DNA from: an uncultured Gammaproteobacteria bacterium
GTDB lineage: Bacteria; Patescibacteriota; Microgenomatia; Daviesbacterales; UBA10151
NCBI GenBank assembly: GCA_964500725.1
Contig: CAZCNP010000002.1
Location: forward strand, 133,347 to 197,346
DNA length: 64,000 bases
Reading direction: 5' to 3'
Under the pieces are notes generated by a model. It was not told where the DNA came from and did no database searches. It saw only the letters and a list, made by a program, of their open reading frames with translations. Position 1 is the first letter of the stretch. Every line of letters begins with the position of its first letter. A program made the position numbers and the translations under genes. Shown here piece after piece: positions 32,419-41,732 of the stretch.

Positions 32419-33689
32419 ACTATTTTGGGTTCCGGGATTGGGATAATAAACTTTCCGCCGGCTTCTTTAAACCATGGTTCCTTTTTTTCCATAATATGTT
32501 TGGCATAATTCCAGGCAGTAATTAAAATATAATCCGGAGTGCGTTTTTTTAAAGTGTCTTCCGGCAAGATAGGAATATGGGTTCCGGGGGTAAATTTCCC
32601 GATTTTAGAAGGAGCGCTGTCAGTAATGTAATCAATTACATCAGCTCCGATATTACAGTATTGCAAAAGCGTGGTTGCTTTTGCCGATGCTCCATAAGCA
32701 GTAACTTTTTTACCCTTCTTCTTTAGATCCAAAAGCATTTTAGTAAGTTTCTTTTTCACAAGAGGCGGTCTTGCAGCAAACTTTTTATAAGCAGCTAGTT
32801 TATTCAGTCCTAACATTTTTTCATTTTCCAAAAAGTTTCCTACTGATTTATCGATGGGAAAAGGAGATGAGGAGTGTGCCGCGAAAACAATAATTCCTCC
32901 CCCATGTGTATCTGTATGAATTACCTCTATCATCTTCATAGAGTGCATCTTTAAAAGATATAAAAGGGGGGAGACAGCATGGAAACAAATATGTTCATGA
33001 TAAGTATTATCAAATTCGTTATGAGCCAAAAGATCCGCTAAATATTGAACCTCAAAAACAAAGATGCCGTTATTATCCAATAATTCCTTTACTCCTTGAA
33101 AAATATCATGTAAAGCATCCGTATGAGCTAAAGTGTTGTTTGATGTAATTATCCCGGCTTTGCCGTATTTTTTTATCAGTTCCGGGACCTTTTTGCGGCT
33201 AAAAAAATCAGCAATAGTTTCAATACCGTTGCTATTGGCAATTTTAGCTATATTTTCTGCCGGATCTATCCCTAAAACCCTAGCCCCTAATTTTTTAAAA
33301 GGTTTTAGTAATACTCCGTCATTGCTTCCGATATCAATAGTTAATTGTTTTGATTGTTGGGGGAAACGTTTAAAAACTTCTCCAGCATATTCTTCAAAAT
33401 GCCTGACCAGCATAGGGGATGTTGAAGAAAAATAGTCATAATGGCGGTAAATATAAGCTCTGTCTACAATATGTAAGAGTTGGGCCAGGTGGCAGTTATG
33501 ACAGAAATAAACTTTAAGAGGGGCTTTAAATTCCGTTTGTTTTAACTGAGGTTTAGTTAGATATGAATTTGCAGGTGCAGCATTGCCCAGAGATAAATAA
33601 TTTGTTAATTCTTTGCTGCCGCAGATAAGACATTCATTACTTCTTCTGTAGAGTTTTTTGTCTTTAAGCGAATTTGTATTTTTTGACAT
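32415..33689 (-). CDS. NDP-sugar C-methyltransferase, paralogue 3
   Basis: CLIC..CHNC, DIGSNDG, FDNTYHEH, AYGASAK, TAWNY. Confidence 0.9.
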   Translation of the reverse strand: MSKNTNSLKDKKLYRRSNECLICGSKELTNYLSLGNAAPANSYLTKPQLKQTEFKAPLKVYFCHNCHLAQLLHIVDRAYIYRHYDYFSSTSPMLVRHFEEYAGEVFKRFPQQSKQLTIDIGSNDGVLLKPFKKLGARVLGIDPAENIAKIANSNGIETIADFFSRKKVPELIKKYGKAGIITSNNTLAHTDALHDIFQGVKELLDNNGIFVFEVQYLADLLAHNEFDNTYHEHICFHAVSPLLYLLKMHSMKMIEVIHTDTHGGGIIVFAAHSSSPFPIDKSVGNFLENEKMLGLNKLAAYKKFAARPPLVKKKLTKMLLDLKKKGKKVTAYGASAKATTLLQYCNIGADVIDYITDSAPSKIGKFTPGTHIPILPEDTLKKRTPDYILITAWNYAKHIMEKKEPWFKEAGGKFIIPIPEPKIV

Positions 33690-34593
33690 ACTTTATATAA
33701 TCGGCAAGTCCCTTCTCTAAATCCATTTTTGGAAACCATCCGATAATTTTTTTGGCTTTCTTGTTGTCCATTGTACCCCGTTTTGGTCTGTCCTGTAAAT
33801 CTTTCACCTCGACTTCGAATTTAAAGTATTTCTTTAAAACATCAACAAATTGAAACAGACTAATAGCGTTACCGCCGCTTATATGAAATACTTCTTTGGC
33901 CGGGGCTTTTAAAGCAACATCGGCAATCCCTCTGACGAGATCTTTTACATAAATAAAATCCATGACAATATTTTTATTGATCCAGAATTTCTCGCCTCTT
34001 AAAATTTTACTTAAAATAATATTGCTTGCCCTTGAGTTCATGTCGCCAAAGCCATATATATTTGTGGTTCTGACCACATTCCAGTTGCTAAGTTCTGCTT
34101 TGGTTAAAAATTCCCCGCCTGCTTTTGATAATCCATAAGGAGTTTTAGGTACAAGTTGATCTTCCTCGTTGATCACATCTTCACAATCTCCATAAGCGGA
34201 TATGGAGGACATGAAAACAAATTTTTTAACGGGAAGACTTTTTATTGCTTCGACAATTTTGTAAGTTAAAGCAAGATCCTCTGTTATTTGTTTTGAAGAG
34301 ATGTTGATATCATTTGCGCGTTCTAAGGGAATTCCGGCCAGATGAATTAAGACATCAGGTTTTTCTTTTTTTAATATTTCTTCTCCCTTTTCTTCGAATT
34401 TTTTTCGATAGATTTTAGCCCCCTTTAGCAAAGTTTCTTTTTTAAACTTATTTATGTTTTTGGTGATTTTTGAGTTCCACTCAGTATAAAAAATAAAGGG
34501 ATCAATAATTACAACGTCATGTTTTCTTGAGATTAATTCACGGGTAAGCCACGACCCTACAAATCCACCGCCTCCTACTATGAGAATTTTCAT
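33664..34593 (-). CDS. NAD-dependent epimerase/dehydratase
   Basis: GGGGFVG, SSISAYG, YGLSK. Confidence 0.85.
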   Translation of the reverse strand: MKILIVGGGGFVGSWLTRELISRKHDVVIIDPFIFYTEWNSKITKNINKFKKETLLKGAKIYRKKFEEKGEEILKKEKPDVLIHLAGIPLERANDINISSKQITEDLALTYKIVEAIKSLPVKKFVFMSSISAYGDCEDVINEEDQLVPKTPYGLSKAGGEFLTKAELSNWNVVRTTNIYGFGDMNSRASNIILSKILRGEKFWINKNIVMDFIYVKDLVRGIADVALKAPAKEVFHISGGNAISLFQFVDVLKKYFKFEVEVKDLQDRPKRGTMDNKKAKKIIGWFPKMDLEKGLADYIKYVKKYKFA

Positions 34594-34608
34594 ATAAATG
34601 TTAAAGCG

Positions 34609-34637
34609 AGGATAGCAATGATTAAAGAAATAGTCAA
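34609..34637 (-). promoter_or_regulatory. sigma70-type promoter TTGACT-17-TATCCT (with TG extension)
   Basis: minus-strand TTGACT 34637-34632, TATCCT 34614-34609. Confidence 0.5.
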
Positions 34638-34654
34638 TAATTATTATTTATTAT

Positions 34655-34750
34655 TGAACCAGAATACCTCGCAACTTGCTGCGGGGATGAATGGTTCACA
34701 TAAGAACTCTCCCGAAGGGATACTCCGCAGTAAACTGCGGAGTAGTTCAT
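34655..34750. mobile_element. GC-rich multi-hairpin element resembling paired IS200/IS605 ends (PATE/MITE-like remnant)
   Basis: TGAACCA(34655)..TGGTTCA(34698) encloses CCTCGCAACTTGCTGCGGGG; perfect TACTCCGCAG-TAAA-CTGCGGAGTA at 34721-34744; the two hairpins resemble each other. Confidence 0.55.
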
Positions 34751-34797
34751 TTTAAGATCTTGTATTCTTATACTCTAATGATATATATTAATGAATA

Positions 34798-36015
34798 ATG
34801 AAAAACGGAAAAACATTAAGAGTTAGTCATGCACAGTCCGTATACGGAGATGAGGAGATAAACAGAGTTGTAGCGGTACTGAAAGAACACAGAACTTTAA
34901 TCGGCCGGGAGGTGGATGAATTCGAAAAAAGGGTTGCCAGTCTTTTTAAGAAGAACTACGGTATTATGGTAAACTCCGGTTCTTCGGCAAACTTAGTGGC
35001 AGTTGAACTTTTAGATCTTCCTGCCGGCAGTGAGGTTATTACTCCGCTTCATACTTTCTCAACAACAGTAGCGCCTCTCGTAAATAAAGGATTAATTCCG
35101 GTTTTTGTCGATGTTAAACCAGGGGAGTATGTTATAGATGTAGATAAAATAGAAAAAGCAATTTCCAAAAAAACTAAAGCTTTAATGATACCTATCCTGT
35201 TTGGTTTAGTGCCGGATATGGAGAAACTACAAAAATTAGCTAAGAGTTACAACCTGATTTTCTTGGAAGATTCCTGTGATGCAATAGTCTCCCTGTTTAA
35301 GAATAAGCCAACCGGTGTGTATTCGGATATAACAACAACCTCGGTTTATGGGTCACATGTTATTACTGCAGGTGGCGGAGGGGGAATGGTTATGGTAAAT
35401 AGCGAAAAGTACAGGGATAAGGCAAAAATGTTAAGGGGATGGGGTCGCAGCTCTGCTGTATTTTCAGAATCGGAAGATATTGATGTGCGCTTTTCCCGAA
35501 AAATTGATAATGTTTTATATGATGGCAAGTTTATCTTTGATAGTGTTGCCTATAATTTTCTTCCTTTAGAAATAGGCGCAGCTTTTGGCAATGTGCAGCT
35601 TAACAAGTTAAAGGAGTTCTGCAGAATCAGAGAAAGGAATTATAAGTTTCTGGTTAAAGTTTACAATAAATATTCAGATTATTTTATCCTTCCGGTAGTG
35701 CATAAAGACTCAAGGCCGCAATGGCAGATCTTTCCCTTAACTATCAGGGAAAATGCTCCTTTTACCAGAATTGAATTCGTGAGGTTCTTGGAGGAAAATA
35801 ATGTACAGACCAGACCATTGTCAACAGGTAATGTTTTAAGACAGCCCGGCTTTAAAAATATTCCACATAGGGATACTCAAAAAGAATACCCGTTCTCTGA
35901 TGAGGTATTTGAGCGGGGTTTCATGACGGGTATACATCAAGGCTTAACCCTGGAGCATTTAAACAGATTAGAAGAGGTGGTTGATTCTTTCTTCAAAAAA
36001 CTAAAATCCCGTTGA
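34798..36015 (+). CDS. DegT-family PLP/PMP enzyme with His at the catalytic Lys position (RfbH/ColD-like 3-dehydratase)
   Basis: VNSGSSANL, STTVAP, EDSCDA, SVYGSHVITAGGGG, GWGR. Confidence 0.8.
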   Translation: MKNGKTLRVSHAQSVYGDEEINRVVAVLKEHRTLIGREVDEFEKRVASLFKKNYGIMVNSGSSANLVAVELLDLPAGSEVITPLHTFSTTVAPLVNKGLIPVFVDVKPGEYVIDVDKIEKAISKKTKALMIPILFGLVPDMEKLQKLAKSYNLIFLEDSCDAIVSLFKNKPTGVYSDITTTSVYGSHVITAGGGGGMVMVNSEKYRDKAKMLRGWGRSSAVFSESEDIDVRFSRKIDNVLYDGKFIFDSVAYNFLPLEIGAAFGNVQLNKLKEFCRIRERNYKFLVKVYNKYSDYFILPVVHKDSRPQWQIFPLTIRENAPFTRIEFVRFLEENNVQTRPLSTGNVLRQPGFKNIPHRDTQKEYPFSDEVFERGFMTGIHQGLTLEHLNRLEEVVDSFFKKLKSR

Positions 36016-36053
36016 GTTAATTAGAGCCTCTATTCATATGATAAAATTATTCT

Positions 36054-36908
36054 ATGCTGAAAGCTAAACTAGCTATAGTGACAGGAGGATCAAGGGGGAT
36101 TGGATTTGCTATCGCAAAGGAACTTACTGAAAAAGGAGCAGAAGTTATTATCTGTTCCCGAAATAACGATCAATTAAGTGAAGCAGTGAGCAAGCTTTCT
36201 ACCCCTTCAAAGCCGGCTTTTGGAATAGTAGCTGATGTATCAAAATTTGAAGATTGTCAGAAGTTAATTGATTTTGCCTATTCAAAAAGGGGAAGGATTA
36301 ATATATTGGTCAATAACGCCGGTATCTTTGGTCCGATTGGTTTGCTTGAGACAAATAACCCGGAAAAATGGGAAGAAGTTTTAGCAATCAATGTATTAAG
36401 TGCAGTGTATTGCTCTCAGTTGGTTATTCCATACATGAAAAAAAATGGGGGCGGGAAGATTATTAATTTAGCCGGCGCAGGCGTAGGCAGTCCTCATGCG
36501 CATCCAAGATTTAGCGGTTATTATACATCCAAATCAGCCATTGTAGGTTTTACTGAAACTATGGCAGAGGAGCTTAAAGAGGATAATATTCAGGTTAATG
36601 CGATTGCGCCCGGCGCGATTGCCTCAGAGTTACAATTTGATCTGCTAAAGATGGATAAAACTTTGGTAGGGGAAAATATGTACAAAACTGCAGAGCAGCT
36701 CCTGGAGCAGAATGATATTCCTATAAAATCTGCTGCGAAACTGGCAGCATTTTTGGCTTCGGAAAAAGCGAATCATATAACCGGCAGACTGCTTAGCTCT
36801 AAGTGGGACTCAATTGAGCAATTAGCAGAGATTGAAAGGTTTACCCAAAATAGATATCGATTACGAAGAATTGATAATAAAAAATTTTTTGAAAAAACTG
36901 ATGGATAA
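36054..36908 (+). CDS. classical SDR oxidoreductase
   Basis: TGGSRGIG, NNAG, YYTSK. Confidence 0.88.
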   Translation: MLKAKLAIVTGGSRGIGFAIAKELTEKGAEVIICSRNNDQLSEAVSKLSTPSKPAFGIVADVSKFEDCQKLIDFAYSKRGRINILVNNAGIFGPIGLLETNNPEKWEEVLAINVLSAVYCSQLVIPYMKKNGGGKIINLAGAGVGSPHAHPRFSGYYTSKSAIVGFTETMAEELKEDNIQVNAIAPGAIASELQFDLLKMDKTLVGENMYKTAEQLLEQNDIPIKSAAKLAAFLASEKANHITGRLLSSKWDSIEQLAEIERFTQNRYRLRRIDNKKFFEKTDG

Positions 36909-36916
36909 ACTATAAA

Positions 36917-37849
36917 ATGAAAATAATATTCTTTGGTCTTGGTTCTATCGGGTTGAGGCATGTTAATATTCTGCAGGAGAATTATCCGCATGATTTATTT
37001 GCTTTTCGTTCAGGAATAAAGGAGGAAGCAAATAATTTGGGGATTAAGGAAATTTATTCCTGGGATGAAGTGAAAACCTTAAAGCCTGATATTGCTTTTA
37101 TAACTAATCCAACCTCCCTTCATGTCGAAACTGCGATAAAATGTGCTGAAATTGAGTGTAAACTTTTTATTGAAAAACCAATAGACAAGGATTTGGATGG
37201 TTTGGATAAACTTTTGGATATAGTCAAAAAGAAACACCTTGTCACTTATGTAGCTTACTGTTTACGTTTTAATTCTGTTCTTAAAAAACTTAAAGAATAT
37301 ATTAATACAGGAAAGGTTCTGCACTTGAGAGCTGTTTACACGTCATTTTATCCTCTTTGGAGACCTGACACCGAGCATTTGAAAGCCTATTCTGCCCATT
37401 CTGGAATGGGCGGAGGGGTTATCCTTGATCTCTCCCATGAGCTTGATTACGTTTCCTGGCTTCTTGGTCCTATTGAAAAAATAGGGGGTAATTTTTCAAA
37501 AAGAAGCAAAGTAACAATAAATACTGAAGACTGGGCAGATATTTTGGTTTCAGCAGAACTTGCCCCTGCCAGCATCCACGTTAATTTTTTTAGTCAGTTG
37601 AAACAAAGGTATGTACAAATTGATTTTGAAAATTTAACTGTAATAGGTGATCTTGTTAATTCAGAAATAAAAGAATATGAAGGACAAACACTCGCGAGAA
37701 ATTTAAGAGTTGATCCGAGTGGACAGGAATACGAAGAGCAGATAAAGTACTTTTTTGATAATATAAATAATCCAGGAATGATGAATAATTTAATCGAAGC
37801 GGCTGATTTATTTAAGAAAATAATACTCTTCAAGGAGAAAAAAATATGA
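36917..37849 (+). CDS. Gfo/Idh/MocA oxidoreductase (PtmF-like)
   Basis: GLGSIGLRH, FIEKP, GGGVILDLSHELD. Confidence 0.88.
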   Translation: MKIIFFGLGSIGLRHVNILQENYPHDLFAFRSGIKEEANNLGIKEIYSWDEVKTLKPDIAFITNPTSLHVETAIKCAEIECKLFIEKPIDKDLDGLDKLLDIVKKKHLVTYVAYCLRFNSVLKKLKEYINTGKVLHLRAVYTSFYPLWRPDTEHLKAYSAHSGMGGGVILDLSHELDYVSWLLGPIEKIGGNFSKRSKVTINTEDWADILVSAELAPASIHVNFFSQLKQRYVQIDFENLTVIGDLVNSEIKEYEGQTLARNLRVDPSGQEYEEQIKYFFDNINNPGMMNNLIEAADLFKKIILFKEKKI

Positions 37850-38235
37850 AGTTTGAACACTTAGCTTTAAATGTAAAAGATCCGCTTAATTTAGTGAAAT
37901 GGTATTGCGAAAACTTAGGTTTCTCAGTTGTTAAGGGGATGGATGCTCCACCTTTCGCTCATTTTATAGTTGATTCTTCAAAACATATACTACTTGAGAT
38001 TTTTTATTTAGATGATAAAGAAGTAATAGATTTTTCTGGAGTCGATCCTGCTTCTGTGCATCTTGGTTTTTCTGTTGAAGATATAGAAGAAGAATATAAA
38101 AAACTTATTTCAGCAGGAGCTATGGCCGTCAGTGAAATTACCCTTACAAACAGTGGAGATAAAATAGTAATGCTACGTGATCCCTGGGGAACTCCGGTTC
38201 AATTACTTAAAAGAAAAGGGGCAATGATAAAATAA
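37846..38235 (+). CDS. VOC/glyoxalase family protein
   Basis: EHLALNV, WYCENLG, HLGFSV, DPWG. Confidence 0.85.
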   Translation: MKFEHLALNVKDPLNLVKWYCENLGFSVVKGMDAPPFAHFIVDSSKHILLEIFYLDDKEVIDFSGVDPASVHLGFSVEDIEEEYKKLISAGAMAVSEITLTNSGDKIVMLRDPWGTPVQLLKRKGAMIK

Positions 38236-38239
38236 AAAG

Positions 38240-38968
38240 ATGAATATTTTAAATTCGAAGAATCAAGCTTTGCTTATCACAATTTGCGCAAGAGGCGGTT
38301 CAAAAGGGGTTAAAGGTAAAAATGTTAAAATTTTAAACGGAAAGCCCCTAATTTATTACACTGTTAAGCAGGCAAAAGAGTGGGGGCAAGGAAAGCATGT
38401 TATTGTTACTACTGATTCAGAGGAAATTGCAAAAGTTGCCAGGGAATGTGGCGCAGAAGTTCCTTTTTTAAGACCTGCTGAAATGGCAACGGATACGATA
38501 TCAAAACTTCCTGCCATTAGACATGCATTAAAATTTTCAGAAGAGCTTTATAAAGAAAAATACGATTTAGTTGTTGATCTTGATCCTACAGCTCCTATCA
38601 GGAAAACTTCTGACTTGGAAAATGCTTTGAATTCTTTTTTAGAGAAACTCCCCAAAACATTATTTAGTGTTGTGCCCGCTCATCGGAATCCATATTTTAA
38701 TATGGTTGAAGAAGATTCTGAAGGGAAGGCTCACCTTATCAAGACCGGTGATTTTTTCAGTAGACAGAGTGCGCCTAAGGCATATGACATGAATGCATCG
38801 ATATACATTTACAGTAGAGATTTTTTGATGGATGAGACAAATATGAAACCAATTAGTGATAATTCTATTATTTATATAATGGATGAAATATCACGGTTTG
38901 ATATAGATGCAGAGGTTGATTTTAAATTCATAGAATTTTTATTAAAAGAAGGTATAATATCCTTGTGA
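38240..38968 (+). CDS. acylneuraminate (nonulosonate) cytidylyltransferase, NeuA/PtmB-like
   Basis: CARGGSKGVKGKN, PFLRP, DPTAPIR, RQSAP..MNASIY, DID. Confidence 0.9.
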   Translation: MNILNSKNQALLITICARGGSKGVKGKNVKILNGKPLIYYTVKQAKEWGQGKHVIVTTDSEEIAKVARECGAEVPFLRPAEMATDTISKLPAIRHALKFSEELYKEKYDLVVDLDPTAPIRKTSDLENALNSFLEKLPKTLFSVVPAHRNPYFNMVEEDSEGKAHLIKTGDFFSRQSAPKAYDMNASIYIYSRDFLMDETNMKPISDNSIIYIMDEISRFDIDAEVDFKFIEFLLKEGIISL

Positions 38969-39756
38969 GCAATTATTCTAATAAATTTTCATTAAAAGGA
39001 AAGAACGCTTTTGTTACCGGAGGCGTAGGGTTTTTAGGATCGGAAGTTGTTAAATCTTTGTCTGAAGCAGGTGCATTTGTGGTCATATTGGATATAAATG
39101 AAAAAAAAGGCAACGGACTTAAGGACGAACTCAAAAATATCAACAGAGATGTTTCATTCGAAATTTTTGATATTACAGATTTAGGAAATATTGATAAAAA
39201 TATAGAAACCCTTAATGAGAAATATAGGCAAATAGATATTTGGATTAATACAGCTTATCCCAAAACTGATGACTGGGGAACAAGGGCTGGGGAGCTATCT
39301 TTAGATTCATGGAGAAAAAATATTGACATTCATCTTAACGCCTACAGTTGGATCAGCAGGAAAGTATGTTTGATTATGAAAGAGCAAAAAGGAGGCAGCC
39401 TTGTTAATTTTGGTTCCATTTATGGGGTGGTGGGAAATAATTTTTCTGTTTATGAAGGTACAGATCTCAGAAGTCCAATGGCATACGCAGCAATTAAAGG
39501 AGGAATTATTAATTTAGGTCGTTATCTGGCTTCTTATTTTGGGGAGTTTAATGTTAGAGTAAACACTGTTTGCCCGGGGGGAATTTTCAATAATCAGGAT
39601 GAGACATTTGTAAAAAATTATGAAAAAAATACGCCGCTTAAGAGGATGGGAAAACCTGATGAGATTGCTGCTGCAGTTTTATTTTTAGCTTCCGATGCGG
39701 CCTCGTATATTACCGGTACTACATTCATGGTTGATGGCGGATGGACAGCAATTTAA
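38965..39756 (+). CDS. SDR oxidoreductase, PtmA-like
   Basis: NTAYP, SIYG, YAAIKGG, CPGGI, VDGGW. Confidence 0.85.
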   Translation: MSNYSNKFSLKGKNAFVTGGVGFLGSEVVKSLSEAGAFVVILDINEKKGNGLKDELKNINRDVSFEIFDITDLGNIDKNIETLNEKYRQIDIWINTAYPKTDDWGTRAGELSLDSWRKNIDIHLNAYSWISRKVCLIMKEQKGGSLVNFGSIYGVVGNNFSVYEGTDLRSPMAYAAIKGGIINLGRYLASYFGEFNVRVNTVCPGGIFNNQDETFVKNYEKNTPLKRMGKPDEIAAAVLFLASDAASYITGTTFMVDGGWTAI

Positions 39757-39763
39757 ATAATTC

Positions 39764-40567
39764 ATGAGGAAGATTGATAAGAGAAAAGAATACTGGGATA
39801 ATAATTATCTCGTATACTGGAAAGATAGGGTAGATAAAAACTCTACTAACCCACTTTCCAAAACTGATATTCATCCTCCAAATGAGAAGATATTCATAAA
39901 ATATTTTGAAGCTGCCTTAGCTTTACAATCCGGGTCCAAAAAAAAGATATTAGACGTAGGATTGGGGTTTGGTAGATTTGTACCGATATATAGACCATAT
40001 TTTGATAAAAATATCTGGGGAATTGATATAGCTGATCAAATGATCCAAGAGGCTGGGAGAATTTACCATGAATTGAAAGAGCATTTTTATATTTCATCTT
40101 CAGAAAGGATGCCTTTTCCGAATAAAATGTTTTCATTTATCCTTTGCTGGGAAGTATTTGATGCAACTTTTCAAGATCAAACCCTTTGGGAATTTCAACG
40201 AGTACTTGAGCCAGGAGGAATTGTCTTAGTTACAGGAAAAAATAATAATTATAGTCCATTGGATGAAAAAGCTTATATCGCAGAGATTAATGCGAGGAAA
40301 AAAGGCCACCCCAATTTTTTTACTGATACAAAATTATTAATGAAAAATATAAGTAATTTTGGTTTTAAGGTAGAAAAGTTTTACCCCTTTAAATTAAGAG
40401 ATGATTTTTCGAAAGATAAAGTAGCCCCACGGAACAGTGAAGTTTTTTATCAATATATCCTTATTATTAAAAAAGTGAAAGATACTTTAAAAAAGAAACT
40501 TTCTTATAAAGTTGCTGATAAATATAGCTTTTCTTATAAAAGTAAAAATGCGAAAGTTAAGAAATAA
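39764..40567 (+). CDS. class I SAM-dependent methyltransferase
   Basis: LDVGLGFGR, GIDI, RVLEPGG. Confidence 0.85.
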   Translation: MRKIDKRKEYWDNNYLVYWKDRVDKNSTNPLSKTDIHPPNEKIFIKYFEAALALQSGSKKKILDVGLGFGRFVPIYRPYFDKNIWGIDIADQMIQEAGRIYHELKEHFYISSSERMPFPNKMFSFILCWEVFDATFQDQTLWEFQRVLEPGGIVLVTGKNNNYSPLDEKAYIAEINARKKGHPNFFTDTKLLMKNISNFGFKVEKFYPFKLRDDFSKDKVAPRNSEVFYQYILIIKKVKDTLKKKLSYKVADKYSFSYKSKNAKVKK

Positions 40568-41732
40568 AAGTATCAACAAAAGTATTACCTACTTGATCGT
40601 GAGCTGCAACTCCCATTTTTTTGCCGCTATCGCCTTTAATAAAATTATACTCCCAGCTTAATTCTTTGGTTTTAAACATTGGCAGCCAGCGATATAAATC
40701 CTGTGAATATTTAATTGCCAAAAAAGGCTGAGGATTAAAGAGAGGTTTATTGCTTTTAATTATTATTTTCTCAGAAGTTCTCTCAATACTTAAAAGAAGC
40801 TGCTTGCCTTTTTTAAAGTTACCTGTCAGCGAAACTGCTGCTGCTGCGGTTGTATAAAAATAATCAATATGGGTTTTTTTGGAAATTTCATTCAACCACT
40901 GCATGATCTGAACTATTGCTTCTGAATGATCACGGTAATCATGCTCAAAACCTGAAAAGATTACATCCTTTCCTTTATTTGCTTCTTCAAATGCTTCTTC
41001 AACATGAGCCTTTGTTATTACATGGGCTCCTGATTGTATATCAAGGCTTTTGACGATAAACCTTCTCATATCTTCCTCTTTAGTATGATCAGCAGCAGAT
41101 GGATGATAGAAAGTGAAACCGGGGGGGGCTTTTTTCCAACTTAAGATATCTTTTATTTTTCTACCATCTGCTTCTTCTTTTTCCCAATTTAAATCTTTGC
41201 AATTTCTGTTTGAATAATCAAAAGGAATCCATTGTTCAAGCCAGTTTGATTGCGTGTCATCTTCTATAGTTCCGCCGGATCTATAGGAAAGAGGGAAAAA
41301 TTCACGGTCAATCACGAGACGGCATAATACATTTTCATATTCACGGTTTTCAAACCAGTTTAAACCCCACTCATTTCCGATTCCTGACAAAGAAGGGTGG
41401 TGGTAATGCCATGCAATTTCATCACCATATTCTTTAAGCTTTGCACCCCATTTTTTTTTGTAATGATCGAAAACTTTATGGTAACCAAAATCATGAGAAA
41501 CAGGATTTGTTCTAAAACCTGTCCAATTGAGCATGAACCATGTAAAGATTGCAGACCCGTTTTTACTATCAGGGAAAGAAAAACGTAGTTTTTGAGAAAA
41601 CATTTTTGAAAGGAATTCTTTATCTATATCTTTCCAATTCTCGAGGAAATGAGTAATGCCTTTGTAATTTGGATCTTTTAGGGGTCCCTCGGTATCAATA
41701 CAAAATACAACAAAAACTTTTCCTTTTTTCAT
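40557..41732 (-). CDS. hypothetical protein, polysaccharide-deacetylase/GH57-like barrel suspected
   Basis: CIDTEGP, DEIAWHYHH, YRSG, HDY resemble NodB-like metal-site layout. Confidence 0.5.
   Translation of the reverse strand: MKKGKVFVVFCIDTEGPLKDPNYKGITHFLENWKDIDKEFLSKMFSQKLRFSFPDSKNGSAIFTWFMLNWTGFRTNPVSHDFGYHKVFDHYKKKWGAKLKEYGDEIAWHYHHPSLSGIGNEWGLNWFENREYENVLCRLVIDREFFPLSYRSGGTIEDDTQSNWLEQWIPFDYSNRNCKDLNWEKEEADGRKIKDILSWKKAPPGFTFYHPSAADHTKEEDMRRFIVKSLDIQSGAHVITKAHVEEAFEEANKGKDVIFSGFEHDYRDHSEAIVQIMQWLNEISKKTHIDYFYTTAAAAVSLTGNFKKGKQLLLSIERTSEKIIIKSNKPLFNPQPFLAIKYSQDLYRWLPMFKTKELSWEYNFIKGDSGKKMGVAAHDQVGNTFVDTFIS

Noticed and set aside
34655-34750. Hairpins as CRISPR repeats, tRNA or rho-independent terminator
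   Set aside because: Only two non-identical units with no spacer periodicity, no cloverleaf or T-loop consensus, and located between divergent gene starts.
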